Source of the DNA: Rhodoferax potami
Lineage (GTDB): Bacteria; Pseudomonadota; Gammaproteobacteria; Burkholderiales; Burkholderiaceae_C
Reading direction: 5' to 3'
Assembly (NCBI RefSeq): GCF_032193805.1
Contig: NZ_JAVBIK010000001.1
Coordinates: 1,070,033-1,102,032 of the forward strand
Length of the DNA stretch: 32,000 bases
Within the stretch, counting starts at the first letter, position 1; each line of letters starts with the position of its first letter. This document shows positions 1-10,000 of this stretch, one piece after another. Both the position numbers and the translations under genes were made by a program. Below the pieces are notes generated by a model. That model made no database searches and was not told the DNA's origin. It saw only the letters and a list, made by a program, of their open reading frames with translations.

Positions 1-135
1 GACAGCAGCCAACCTGTGTTGCGGCCAGCACCCATCATCAATCACCGCGATTCGGAGTTGATCTTGCTGGAAGAAACCGTGGGCCGGCAGCCCCCATTCG
101 TGCAAAAGCAGGCCCAGGAAAACAGCAGCTACTGA
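1..135 (+). CDS. 3' end of an unidentified CDS entering from the left edge (partial)
   Basis: Frame +1 is open from base 1 to TGA at 133-135 (...ILLEETVGRQPPFVQKQAQENSSY*). No recognisable motif. Confidence 0.25.
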   Translation, partial: DSSQPVLRPAPIINHRDSELILLEETVGRQPPFVQKQAQENSSY

Positions 136-313
136 TTGGTGCGTTGCCGCAGGCCGCCACGGAGTAGCGGCAAATGCCCGCAAAAGTTCACATATCGGCG
201 GTTTTTTGCGTCAGATTGTCCAGAGGACAACAATTGACGGCCCCTGACGACCAGGAAAAACCTTATCGTTGGCTCCATCCAAAGCAGGGAGCCCCGCCAG
301 AGGGCACAAAACC

Positions 314-721
314 ATGTCCGCCCCACTCAAAACCGCCGCATCACCCCACCAACTTGCCTTTCGCCGCGCCGCGAGAACGTTGATTGCAGCCACCTTGGCT
401 GAATGGGTGCTCGAGGAAGAGGACTGGCTGGGCGCTTGCCGCAAGCGGATCAAAGACCGCATGTCAGATGCCAAACACATGGTGTTTAACAACCAGCGCA
501 AAATCGGCCTGATGCTGCTGGGAAGGACCGACGAGATTCCGGCACTGGAAGACAAAAACCGTCAACTCGAACACGCGGCTCTGGTCTGCGAATATGCCCT
601 CGATATTCTGGACGAGATGGTCTCAGCCCAGACACCGGCTGCACCCGTGTCCCCGCAGCACCGGGCGCTGCCCGCACGCACAGCGCAACCTGCGTACCGA
701 GAAACGGCTGCCAGCCCCTGA
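314..721 (+). CDS. hypothetical protein
   Basis: ORF 269-721 begins with TTG; the first ATG is at 314 (MSAPLKT...). Third-codon positions are mostly G/C in this frame by hand check, unlike the antisense 211-555 ORF. No family recognised; the C-terminus is Pro/Ala-rich and low-complexity. Confidence 0.5.
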   Translation: MSAPLKTAASPHQLAFRRAARTLIAATLAEWVLEEEDWLGACRKRIKDRMSDAKHMVFNNQRKIGLMLLGRTDEIPALEDKNRQLEHAALVCEYALDILDEMVSAQTPAAPVSPQHRALPARTAQPAYRETAASP

Positions 722-750
722 ACCGCGCCCGGGCCTCAGGCCCCCTACGT

Positions 751-1557
751 TTAGCTGGTTGTGCCGAAGCGGAAGCTGGACGCCGTCACGCCGCCAAACA
801 CCGCTTCGTCGTGGTACACGCACTCTGCAGCGTCGTCGTAGGCAGCGCCCACGGCCACCATCAGCGGCAACAAATGTTCTTCACGCGGATGGCAGATCCG
901 GGCGGCCGGCGCGGACTCCCAGTTCACCAGTGCTTCTGCCCGCACCGCAGGTGCAGCGGCCATGACGTCTTGCAACCAGACGTCAAAAGCCTTGGACGGA
1001 GCCCGCCCGCCCGCACCAAAATTGCGCAGGTTGTGATAGCTCAGGCCACTGCCCACGATCAACACATCTTCATCCCGCAATGGTGCCAGTGCACGACCCA
1101 AGGCGATGTGCTCAGCCGGGTCCAGCCCCGCGCGCAAGGACATTTGCAACACCGGCACTTGTGCATCCGGGTACATCACGGCCAAGGGCACAAAAGTGCC
1201 GTGGTCGTAGCCACGCTCGGAGTCGAGCGCCACGGGCAGACCCGCCTCTTGCAGCAGACCCTGTACCCTCGTAGCCAGTTCAGGGGCACCCGGTGCGGGG
1301 TACACCACCGAGTAGGTGTGTGCCGGGAAACCACCGTAGTCGTAGACCATGCCGGGTGCCGGACTGGAGCCCAGGGTAAAAGCACGCTCTTCCCAGTGCG
1401 CAGTGATGATCAGAACAGCCTTGGGTGTGCGGCCGATCTGGCGCGGCATATCGGCCAGAGCCGTATCCAAGCTGGCCAGCATCTCGCGCATATCTGCCAT
1501 CCAAGGCCAAGGGCCACCGCCGTGGGACACAAAGTAGGTAGGCAGTCGGGAAGTCAT
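751..1557 (-). CDS. ygiD: class III extradiol ring-cleavage dioxygenase, YgiD / 4,5-DOPA-dioxygenase-like
   Basis: 268 aa. N-terminus PTYFVSHGGGPW, then ITAHWE and VGSGLSYHNL, motifs typical of the LigB/YgiD family. GGAG sits upstream of the ATG at 1557. Confidence 0.8.
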   Translation of the reverse strand: MTSRLPTYFVSHGGGPWPWMADMREMLASLDTALADMPRQIGRTPKAVLIITAHWEERAFTLGSSPAPGMVYDYGGFPAHTYSVVYPAPGAPELATRVQGLLQEAGLPVALDSERGYDHGTFVPLAVMYPDAQVPVLQMSLRAGLDPAEHIALGRALAPLRDEDVLIVGSGLSYHNLRNFGAGGRAPSKAFDVWLQDVMAAAPAVRAEALVNWESAPAARICHPREEHLLPLMVAVGAAYDDAAECVYHDEAVFGGVTASSFRFGTTS

Positions 1558-1594
1558 AGGGTTCTCCTAGTCAAAAGGACGAAATTCAATGGTC

Positions 1595-2239
1595 TCAATC
1601 GCCCAAATCGATGGTGGCGGCGAGTGGCACCCCGGCAGGCGCTTCATAGTCTGCCAATACCCAGGCGCGCGAACTGTGTGCCGCCGCATCCTGCAGCAGC
1701 TCGGTGATGGTGCGTATGGAAGCACGGTCCAAGGCGGCGAAGGGCTCATCCAAGCAGGTGAGCTCCGCACCACTAGCGCAGGCCGCCGTAATCCAAACCT
1801 TGCGCTTGGAGCCGGTGGATAGCATGTACATCGGTTTCGCAAGGTGCTCGTCCAGCCCCAAGGCGGACGCCAGCTCGCGGCAGATTTCCGCACTCCACAG
1901 GGGCCAGAGGCGCTTGCCCTGCTCCCAAAACTGCAAGGGAGAAGACTGGTCCCAGGCACTGGTGCGTGGGTCCATCCAAAAGGCTTTTTTGCGGTACTTG
2001 GCAGGGTCGGTCTGCAGGCCGGTGCCGGCCAGCTGCAGATTGCTCCCCGGCACCACGAGGTCACCAGCCAGCATGCGCAGCAAACTCGATTTGCCCCGCC
2101 CTTCCCCGCCGGTCACCCAGGTCACGCCGGCCGACAGCTGCACATCCAGCGGGCCCCACAAACGGTGCGGGCCTGCGCTGCAGCGCAAAGCACGGGCGAT
2201 CAACACGGCAGAAGAGGCGGGCGATTCAGAAGCGGACAT
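1595..2239 (-). CDS. ABC transporter ATP-binding protein (no permease partner in the window)
   Basis: 214 aa. Walker A-like GGEGRGKSSLL, ABC signature LSTGSKRK, Walker B LTCLDEPFAALD. Confidence 0.8.
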   Translation of the reverse strand: MSASESPASSAVLIARALRCSAGPHRLWGPLDVQLSAGVTWVTGGEGRGKSSLLRMLAGDLVVPGSNLQLAGTGLQTDPAKYRKKAFWMDPRTSAWDQSSPLQFWEQGKRLWPLWSAEICRELASALGLDEHLAKPMYMLSTGSKRKVWITAACASGAELTCLDEPFAALDRASIRTITELLQDAAAHSSRAWVLADYEAPAGVPLAATIDLGD

Positions 2240-2322
2240 AGAGGTACAAGCGGATGACTGGTTGCTATGAAAAATATAGCTTACTGCGCAGATAATTCGT
2301 GCGCTAGAGGCTGATTTTGCAT

Positions 2323-2351
2323 AAAAAAAGGCCAGCCTTGCGGCGGGCCTT
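2323..2351 (-). terminator. rho-independent terminator candidate downstream of the YceI operon
   Basis: On the minus strand: AAGGCCCGCC-GCAA-GGCTGGCCTT (9 of 10 bp stem) followed by a T7 run. It lies about 36 nt after the stop of the 2387-2959 CDS. Confidence 0.6.
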
Positions 2352-2386
2352 CAGATCAGTCCGCGGGAGCGCGGTCTGGTGGCAGA

Positions 2387-2959
2387 TTACTGCTTGATCG
2401 CTTCGATAGCGATGGTGATGGTCACGTCGTCGCCCACTGCAGGCGCGAACTTGCCAGCGCCGAATTCGCTGCGCTTGACGGTGGTAGTGGCGTTGGCGCC
2501 GATAACGTCTTTCTTGTTCATCGGGTGAGAGGTAGACACGAAGTTGGTCAACTTCAGGGTCACAGGCTTGGTGATGCCCTTGATGGTCAGGTTGCCTTCG
2601 ACAGCTGCTGGCTTGTCGCCTTCAAACACCACTTTGGTGGACTTGAAAGTCGCGGTAGGGAACTTGGTGGTGTCCAGGAAGTCTTCGCCCTGGATGTGGC
2701 CGTTGAAAGCGGACGAACCGGTTTCCACGGTCTTCATGTCGATCACGACATCCACTGCGCCTGTCTTGCCGGCCTTGTCATAGGTCACGGTGCCGGTGGT
2801 GGTGTTGAAACGGCTTTGCTGGTTGGACAAACCAAAGTGGTTGTACGAAAAGCTGGAGAAAGTGTGGGAAGAGTCAATCGCGTAAGTCGCGGATTGGGCG
2901 CTGGCAGCACCGGCGAAAGCGGACAGTGCCAAAGCGGCAGCGATGAGGGAAGTACGCAT
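2387..2959 (-). CDS. YceI-family periplasmic (polyisoprenoid-binding) protein
   Basis: 190 aa. Signal peptide ending AASAQS, then YAIDSSHTFSSFSYNHFGLS... and KGITKPVTL, a typical YceI lipocalin-like signature. GGAG RBS present. Confidence 0.85.
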   Translation of the reverse strand: MRTSLIAAALALSAFAGAASAQSATYAIDSSHTFSSFSYNHFGLSNQQSRFNTTTGTVTYDKAGKTGAVDVVIDMKTVETGSSAFNGHIQGEDFLDTTKFPTATFKSTKVVFEGDKPAAVEGNLTIKGITKPVTLKLTNFVSTSHPMNKKDVIGANATTTVKRSEFGAGKFAPAVGDDVTITIAIEAIKQ

Positions 2960-3004
2960 AAAAACTCCTGATTTACGGGTTGGTTAAAAAAGAACTGGAA
3001 AAAC

Positions 3005-3577
3005 TTACATCTTGCCCACGCCGGTCAGCGCGAGCTTGAACTTGACTTGCACGTCGTCAGCGACCATGGAGGTGTCTGCCCACTCGTTCTCGCCGATCTT
3101 GAAAGCCAGGCGCTTGAGCGGGAAGGTACCGGTCACGGTGGTGGTGGCGCCGCTCTGAACAAGGGCCACGGGCACGACCACATCACGGCTATTGCCCTTG
3201 ATGGCCAGCTTGCCACTCACTTCAAACTTGCCACCACCCAAGCCTTTGACGGCGGTGGACTGGAAGGTCGCTTGCGGGAACTTGGCGGTGTTGAACCAGT
3301 TGGGGCGGGGCAACTCGGCATCGGTCTCGGGCACACCCAGGGTGGCACTGGCGATGTCGACGGTGAACGCGATCTTGCTGGCGTCAGGCTTGGCGGGGTC
3401 GAAGGCGATTTGCGCATCGAACTTCTTGAAGCGGCCTTCCACCGGCACACCCATCTGCTTGCTCACGAACACGATCTCGCTTTGGGCGGGCACCAGCTTT
3501 TGCTGGGCAAAGGCAGATGTGCCGAGGAGTGCAGACGCTGCAATCGCGGTGGACAGAATTACGCGGGAAACCATCAT
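3005..3577 (-). CDS. YceI-family periplasmic protein (second copy)
   Basis: 190 aa. Signal peptide (..TSAFAQQ), then SEIVFVSKQMGVPVEGRFKKF and GNSRDVVVPV. Paralogous to the neighbouring gene. Confidence 0.85.
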   Translation of the reverse strand: MMVSRVILSTAIAASALLGTSAFAQQKLVPAQSEIVFVSKQMGVPVEGRFKKFDAQIAFDPAKPDASKIAFTVDIASATLGVPETDAELPRPNWFNTAKFPQATFQSTAVKGLGGGKFEVSGKLAIKGNSRDVVVPVALVQSGATTTVTGTFPLKRLAFKIGENEWADTSMVADDVQVKFKLALTGVGKM

Positions 3578-3601
3578 GTCAAATCCAATCAGTTAAAGAG
3601 T

Positions 3602-4180
3602 TCAGTCGCGGCCGGGCAACATGCGGTTGATCAGGCCGTCGCGGTCGATCCACTGGTGCTTGAGTGCAGCGGCAATGTGCAGACCGGCCAGTCCGATCAA
3701 GGCAAACGCAGTTAGTTCATGGAAAGGCTTGATCATTTCTGCCAAGGCCTTGTCGACCGGCACAAAGTCTGGCAAAGGCAACACGCCGAACACCACGATC
3801 GGGAAACCGGATGCCGAGCTATACGCCCAGCCGATCAGCGGGACCAGGAAAAACAAGGCGTACAGCGTGTGGTGGGTGCCGTGGTGGGCCCAGTGCTGCC
3901 ATGCGGGCATGGCTTTGGAAATATTGCCGGGCAATGCGGGCGGGCGGTGTGTCAGGCGCCACAGCAAACGCAAGGCAGACAGCACCAGAATCGTCACACC
4001 CGCCCATTTGTGCCAGTTGTAGAGCTTCAAGCGGGTGGGCGAAAACGGCAAATCGGTCATGTACAGACCGACCGCAAAAATGCCCAGAAGTGCAGCGCCC
4101 AGCACCCAATGCAACACGATGGCCGTGAGGCTATAGCGCTTGGTGCCAGCGTCAAAAGAGGAAGTGTGGTTGGATGCCAT
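3602..4180 (-). CDS. cytochrome b561 family protein (CybB-like)
   Basis: 192 aa with 4 predicted TM helices. Conserved His positions (LHWVLG.., NWHKWAG, HHTLYALF, LKHQWIDRD). Classic b561-YceI operon context. Confidence 0.85.
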   Translation of the reverse strand: MASNHTSSFDAGTKRYSLTAIVLHWVLGAALLGIFAVGLYMTDLPFSPTRLKLYNWHKWAGVTILVLSALRLLWRLTHRPPALPGNISKAMPAWQHWAHHGTHHTLYALFFLVPLIGWAYSSASGFPIVVFGVLPLPDFVPVDKALAEMIKPFHELTAFALIGLAGLHIAAALKHQWIDRDGLINRMLPGRD

Positions 4181-4212
4181 GCCCCGAAGTCTAGGGGGGC
4201 ATGAATTGCTGA

Positions 4213-4245
4213 TTTTTGAATCTAATTGATGACTTGATTCAAAAA
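4213..4245. promoter_or_regulatory. perfect 10-bp inverted repeat, operator candidate upstream of the b561-YceI operon
   Basis: TTTTTGAATC (4213-4222) N13 GATTCAAAAA (4236-4245), 33-65 nt upstream of the b561 start codon (4180, minus strand). Confidence 0.3.
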
Positions 4246-4309
4246 ATATGAACAGTCAAGTTCCCTGCACTCGTTAAAAAGGTGCGGCGGGCGCGACAAA
4301 CGGCGCGGC

Positions 4310-4573
4310 TTAGCGCCCTGAACGGCGTAATTCGCGCAGCATGAACAGGTACAGCCCTTCGACCTTGTCACGTGCCCAAGGAGTTTTACGCAAAAACTTG
4401 AGGCTGGAGCCCACGCTGGGCTCAAACGTAAAGCAGCGTACCGGGATGCGCTCCCCTAACCCATCCCAGCCATAGTAGTCCGACAGTTCGGTCACGATGG
4501 CTTCCAGGGTCTTGCCATGCAAGGGGTTGTTGGCTTGCTTGGGCGGGGCGGGTGGAGATGCATCGGTGCTCAT
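4310..4573 (-). CDS. DUF2132 / VF530-family small DNA-binding-like protein
   Basis: 87 aa. [33 protein letters not shown]...[13 protein letters not shown] matches my memory of the DUF2132 family. It starts 18 nt after the upstream flavocytochrome gene. Confidence 0.65.
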   Translation of the reverse strand: MSTDASPPAPPKQANNPLHGKTLEAIVTELSDYYGWDGLGERIPVRCFTFEPSVGSSLKFLRKTPWARDKVEGLYLFMLRELRRSGR

Positions 4574-4591
4574 GCGGTGATTGTCGCAGCC

Positions 4592-5926
4592 TCACCGCAT
4601 CTCGAACAGTTCCTGGTGAAAGTCCGCAGTCGGCAATCCCTGTGCCACCAGCGCTGCTTTCAGGGCCCGGCCAAAGGCGGGCGGGCCACAGAACCAGACA
4701 TCGGCCTCACGCCAGTCGGGCACGGCTGCACACAGGCGTGCAGCGTCAAGCCGGCCGTCGCGCGCGTCGTGCAGCACATGCAAGCGCACGCCGGCGGAGG
4801 CTGCGTCATCCTCCATCTTGTCGATGGCGCGCGGGTCCAGCACGGTAGTGGAGTGAAACAGGTCGATCTGCTTGCCGTCCGGGGCACCGGCCAGCGTTTT
4901 CATGCGGGCCACAAACGGGGTAATGCCAATGCCCGCCCCCACCCAAATCTGGCGCCGCTTGGGGCCCTGGAAGGTGAACTGACCGTAGGGGCCTTCGATT
5001 TCTGCGGCATGCCCCACCGCCAGATAATCCGGCAAAGTGCGGGTGTAGTCGCCCAGCTCTTTGATGAGGAAGGTGATGTGTCCATCGCCCTGCCACGCGG
5101 AGCTGATGGTGAAGGGGTGAGCGCCCTCTTTGGCATCAAAATTCACAAACGCAAACTGCCCCGCTTGGTGACCGGGCCAGCGCCCGTCCAAGCGCAGCGC
5201 CACGTAGAGCACTTGCAACGCATCAAAACGCTCCACCGTCTCAATCACCCCCGCCACCTTGCGGTGCTCACCCACTTTGCGGAACAGCACCACCACCGCC
5301 GACACCGCACCCGCCAGCATGAGGACGGCCATGAACGGCGCCAGGCCCTGCGCCCAATAACTGAAGTTCATCAGCACCACCGCATGGAACACCAGCACCA
5401 GGTAGGTGACAGCCAACACCCGGTGGGTTTGGAAAAACCACTTGTAAGGGAAACGTTTGATAAGGGCCAAGGCAATCATCAGCACCGTCGCATAAAAGGC
5501 CCACTCGCCCACGCCTTCCGCCAGACCGCGCCAGCTCTGAAAGAGTTTAAAAAGCTCCACGGTTTGCTCCACCCGTGGCGGGCGCCCACTAGTGGGCTGC
5601 GCCATGAGCCCGGACCCGATCAACCACTTCGGTGCGTTGGAGCATAACCAGTGCAAGATGGACACCACCAAGCCGCCAATACCCAGCCATTTGTGCAGGC
5701 GGTACATCTTGTCCAGCCCGCCCAGGTAAGGCTCAAACCACACCGGTCGCACCGCCAGCACCATGCCCACACTCATCATGGCCATGCCCAGCAAGCCGGT
5801 GTAATTGACCAGCGAATTGCGCACCGCAAAAAAGCCTAGCGGGGTGCTCAGCAGCGGGTCTGCCCACAGCCACCACGCGGTCAGCCCCAGCAGCAAACCC
5901 CACAACACGTACTTGATTTTTTGCAT
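4592..5926 (-). CDS. ferric-reductase/NADPH-oxidase-like membrane flavocytochrome (FRD TM domain + FAD + NAD(P)H domains)
   Basis: 444 aa. TM region with heme-ligand-type His residues (HKWLGIGG..ILHW). FAD motif HPFTISS, then GPYG, NAD motif GAGIGITPF, and C-terminal FCGPP. Confidence 0.85.
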   Translation of the reverse strand: MQKIKYVLWGLLLGLTAWWLWADPLLSTPLGFFAVRNSLVNYTGLLGMAMMSVGMVLAVRPVWFEPYLGGLDKMYRLHKWLGIGGLVVSILHWLCSNAPKWLIGSGLMAQPTSGRPPRVEQTVELFKLFQSWRGLAEGVGEWAFYATVLMIALALIKRFPYKWFFQTHRVLAVTYLVLVFHAVVLMNFSYWAQGLAPFMAVLMLAGAVSAVVVLFRKVGEHRKVAGVIETVERFDALQVLYVALRLDGRWPGHQAGQFAFVNFDAKEGAHPFTISSAWQGDGHITFLIKELGDYTRTLPDYLAVGHAAEIEGPYGQFTFQGPKRRQIWVGAGIGITPFVARMKTLAGAPDGKQIDLFHSTTVLDPRAIDKMEDDAASAGVRLHVLHDARDGRLDAARLCAAVPDWREADVWFCGPPAFGRALKAALVAQGLPTADFHQELFEMR

Positions 5927-6044
5927 CCCTTGATCCTTGCTTATCTGAACCAGGCCACTTTACAAACCCCACGTAAAGCGGAGGTAAGCGACAGATGGCC
6001 TCAAGGCAAACAGGATTGCGCCAGGTCAAACAATCGTCAGTGCG

Positions 6045-7055
6045 TTAGCCCTCGAACTGGGGATGCAGCTGCCGGATGCGGCTCATGGCCATGCCTGCAG
6101 CGGCGGTGCGGGTTTCCACACCGAGCTTCACGAACACGCGCTCGAGGTGCTTTTTGACGGTCATCGGGCTGCTGCCCAAAATGTCGCCAATGTCTTTGTT
6201 GGTTTTGCCTTTGACCACCCAGTACAAGACCTCCGCCTCTTTGGCGGTGAGCTTGAAAGACAGGCTCATGGCCTCGATCACCGCGGTGTCAGACACCTCC
6301 CGCATCACGATGAGCCAGTCGCCGCCGGCATCGCTATCGCCGATCTGCTGATGCAGACGAAAAGTCAGCCGCTTGGGACCGCGCTCCAGACTCAGCTTGG
6401 CCGGCTCGTCACCCCGGGCCACAGTTTGCAGGCAGGCCTGCAACCAGGCCAGCACTTCGGGCGGTGTGATCGGGGCCTGAGTGCCACAGTAGCGCTCCAG
6501 CAGCTCGCGCGCCAACGGCGTTTGCCACATCAGGCAGCCATCCGCGGCACGCACGGTAATGGTGGCGTAGCCGAAGGCATCGAGCGCATTGCGGGTCTGG
6601 CGTCGCTCGCGCGCGCCGGCCAGATGCACCCCCATACGGGCCAGCACCTCTTTGGGCTTGATCGGCTTGGTCACATAGTCCACCCCGCCACTCTCCAACG
6701 CAGCCACCAAGTATTCGGTCTCGGTGAGGCCAGTCATAAAGATGATGGGGATATGCGTGGTTTGCGGCGCCGCCTTGAGCCGGCGTGCCACCTCAAAACC
6801 ATCCATGCCGGGCATCATGGCGTCCAGCAAAATCACGTCGGGCAGTGCCTGTATGGCGCGCATCAGGGCAGCCTCACCGGAGGTGGCAATCAAGACCGTG
6901 TAGCCCGACTCGTCAAGAGCATCGTGCAAAACGGCCAAATTGTCAGGCACATCGTCCACGATAAGGACCACATCGCTGTTGGCACGGTCCAGCGTGCCGT
7001 CCAGGCGGGCTGTATCCGGCAGGGTGTCAGCGGGGTTCATCAGCGGAGCAGGCAT
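6045..7055 (-). CDS. response regulator: REC domain, unknown middle domain and LuxR/FixJ-type HTH
   Basis: 336 aa. VLIVDDVPDN...ILLDAMMPGMDGFEV (REC). C-terminal LTAKEAEVLYWVVKGKTNKDIGDILGSSPMTVKKHLERVF (LuxR HTH). Overlaps the kinase stop (7027) by 29 nt, or by 14 nt if Met-6 at 7040 is the start. Confidence 0.85.
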   Translation of the reverse strand: MPAPLMNPADTLPDTARLDGTLDRANSDVVLIVDDVPDNLAVLHDALDESGYTVLIATSGEAALMRAIQALPDVILLDAMMPGMDGFEVARRLKAAPQTTHIPIIFMTGLTETEYLVAALESGGVDYVTKPIKPKEVLARMGVHLAGARERRQTRNALDAFGYATITVRAADGCLMWQTPLARELLERYCGTQAPITPPEVLAWLQACLQTVARGDEPAKLSLERGPKRLTFRLHQQIGDSDAGGDWLIVMREVSDTAVIEAMSLSFKLTAKEAEVLYWVVKGKTNKDIGDILGSSPMTVKKHLERVFVKLGVETRTAAAGMAMSRIRQLHPQFEG

Positions 7056-10000
7056 CGAGCACCTTTTGCAATTGGTCAGACATCATTTCAAACTGGTACT
7101 GGCGGGCCAAGGCCTCCTGCTGTTGCAGGAAGGTGGCACTCGCCGGATAGCGGGTCTGCAGTGACTGCAGCAAATTCATCACGCCGCGGTAGTAGCCCAG
7201 CTGGGCTACCTCCAGCAAAGCTCGGGCAGCCTCGGCCGGCAGCGCGGGCGTGGACACCACAGCGGCAACTGCCACCGGCACATCCATCACCGCCGTGGCG
7301 GCTGCAGGCGCGGGCTTATCGATCCACACCAACTCAAGCCGCCGCTCCAGCCAATCCAACAGCTCGCTGTGGCGCACCGGCTTCACAATGAAATCCTCGG
7401 GCGGCAAGCCCAGGCCGTTGTCGAGCCCGCGATCAAACGCATTGGCCGACACGATGGCCACCTGCGGCTGGCTGCCACCCAGCGCCGGGTTGGAGCGGAT
7501 GCGGCGCAAAGTCTCCCAGCCATCAATGCCGGGCATGGCCAGATCGAGTAACACCACATCGGGCTGCAGTCCGGCCGCCATAAGGTCCAGTCCGTCGTGG
7601 CCGCTGGCAGCGGTACGCACATCAAAACCCAAAGGCTGCAGCAGGCTCACCAAGAGCTCGCGGTCGGCCTCTTCGTTGTCGACCACCAGCACCTTGCGCC
7701 GGGCGCCGGCATAAGCCAGCCGGGTTTTGCTGGCGCGGGCTGCCGGGCGGGTTGCGCTGGCTGGCATGTGCAGCTCCGGCAAAAACAAGCGCACTTTGAA
7801 GACACTGCCCTGACCGGGCACGCTGCTGGCGGTGAGCTCGCCCCCCATCAGGTCGGTCAGCATCTTGGCAATCGTGAGCCCCAGGCCTGAGCCGCCGGAC
7901 GCAACCGCTACCCCGGATGCCGCGGTGGAGCCCCGGGTGAAGGGCTCAAAAATCCGATCCAACTCTTCGGTGCGCATCCCGGGGCCGGTGTCATGGATCT
8001 CTATGTGCGCCATCTCGCGGGCATAGCGCAGCACCAGGCGTACGCTGCCGGCAGCGGTGAACTTGATGGCATTGCCCAGCAGGTTGATACAGATCTGGCG
8101 CAGGCGCTTCTCGTCGGCCCGCACCCACTCGGGCACATTGCCCACCACCTCGAAGTGAAACTGCAGCCCCTTGCCGGCAGCCTGTAACTCAAACATGCCA
8201 GCCAGCTCTGCCATTCCGTTGGCAAACTGCATCGGCTTTACATTCAGGGTGAGCTTGCCGCTCTCGATGTGGGCCATATCCAGCGTGCCCTCGATCAGCG
8301 AAAGCAGGTGCTCACCGCCGCGCTTGATCACACTCACCGCCTGCTTGCGGTGGGGTGGAATGGCCGCATCCTCCCCCATCAACTGGGCATAGCCCAGGAT
8401 GCTGTTGAGCGGCGTGCGCAGCTCGTGGCTAATGGCGCTTATATAGCGGCTCTTGGCCTGGTTGGCAGCCTCCGCGGCGAGGCGCGCCTGTTCGGCCACC
8501 CGCTTGGCTTCTTGCAGGGCAATATCCGTCTGGCGGTGCGACTCGATCTCTTGCAGCAACAAATGACTTTGGCGGTTGGACTCTTCTTGCGCCACTTGGC
8601 GGCTCTTGTGCGCCAGCACCAGCCACCACGCCACGATGCACGACATCAACAAAAGCGCCGCAAAGGTTTTGCTGAAACCCGCGCGCAGCGCGACTGCCAC
8701 GCTGTCGCGGTGCTCAGCCCAGACCGCGAGGTTGCCCATCTCTTGCTGGTAGAACATGGCAAACACAGTGGCCAAGATCGGCAAGATCACTAGCATCAAC
8801 AACAAAAAGTGCCCGAGCCCTGTATCCAGAAAAGGCCACACACGGCGCGGCAACAGCCAGCGCAAAGTCGCAGACCACTGGGTCGCCAAGTTGGCGTGTG
8901 GTTTGCACATATCGCCACAGCGCGCATCCAGCGTGCAGCAGAGCGAGCAAATCGCGCCCTGATAGGCAGGGCAATGGGCCATGTCGGGGCCTTCATACTC
9001 ACGCTCGCAAATGACGCAACGCTGCACTTGGGGTGTCCATCCGGGCGCTGGAGTTTGGGTGCCAATGCGTTTTGCGGAGGTCACGGAGGAGCCTGCGCAG
9101 CAGGCGGGGGACACAGAGCAAAGCGCGTTGCCATCCAAACTTCCGTCGCTTGCGCGCGCAAGGTAGTACTTGCCTTTGGTCCACCACGCAATCAAGGGCG
9201 AAGTCACCATGGCCGTGACCAATGCCACTACCGCCGAAAACGCCTTGGCCAGTTCCCCGAAAAGGCCCAGGTAAGCCAAAATGGACAGCAAAGACGCCAT
9301 GGCCATGGCGCCCACGCCCACGGGGTTGATGTCGTACAGATGCGCTCGCTTGAACTCAATGCCTTTGGGCGAGAGGCCAAGGGGCTTGTTGATCACCAGG
9401 TCTGCTACCACGGCCATGATCCAGGCGATGGCGATGTTGGAATACAGGCCCAGCACCTGGCCCAGCGCCTGGAACACATTCATCTCCATCAGCATGAACG
9501 CGATCACACTGTTGAACAGCACCCACACCACCCGCCCGGGGTGGCTGTGCGTGAGGCGGGAGAAGAAGTTGCTCCACGCCAACGAGCCGGCATAAGCGTT
9601 GGTGACATTGATTTTGAGCTGTGAGATCACCACGAACACCGCCGTCGCCGCGACCGCCCAGCCCAAGGTCGGGAAGACGTATTCGTAGGCCGCGAGGTAC
9701 ATCTGGTTCGGGTCTACCGCACGATCGGTCGGGACACTTGCTCGAATGGCCAGGTAAGCCAAAAAAGCCCCGCCCAGCATTTTGACCACGCCGAGCACCA
9801 CCCAGCCCGGCCCGCCTACCAACACACCAGCCCACCAGGAGACCCGGTTGGCTGCGGTGCGCTGGGGCATGAAACGCAGGTAGTCGGCCTGCTCGCCCAT
9901 CTGGGTCATAAGGGCGATGCCCACCGTGAGCGCGGCACCAAACAGGTGCAAGTCAAAGCCGCCAGCCGGGCCTTTCTCACCAGCGTAGTGCGTGATGCCC

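Noticed and set aside
811-1707. Long antisense or overlapping ORFs in the high-GC regions. Examples: 811-1707 (+), 4517-5647 (+), 6063-7391 (+), 8809-9624 (+), 9946-10719 (+), 11059-11859 (-), 11958-12629 (-), 14146-14907 (-), 15597-16259 (-), 27860-28777 (+) and 28695-30110 (+).
   Set aside because: Each lies opposite or out of frame to a CDS with unmistakable family motifs (dioxygenase, NOX-like, RR/HK, urease subunits, ureE/G, MFS, hemW). Their products are Arg/Gly/Pro/His-rich low-complexity strings, typical of shadow ORFs in GC-rich DNA.
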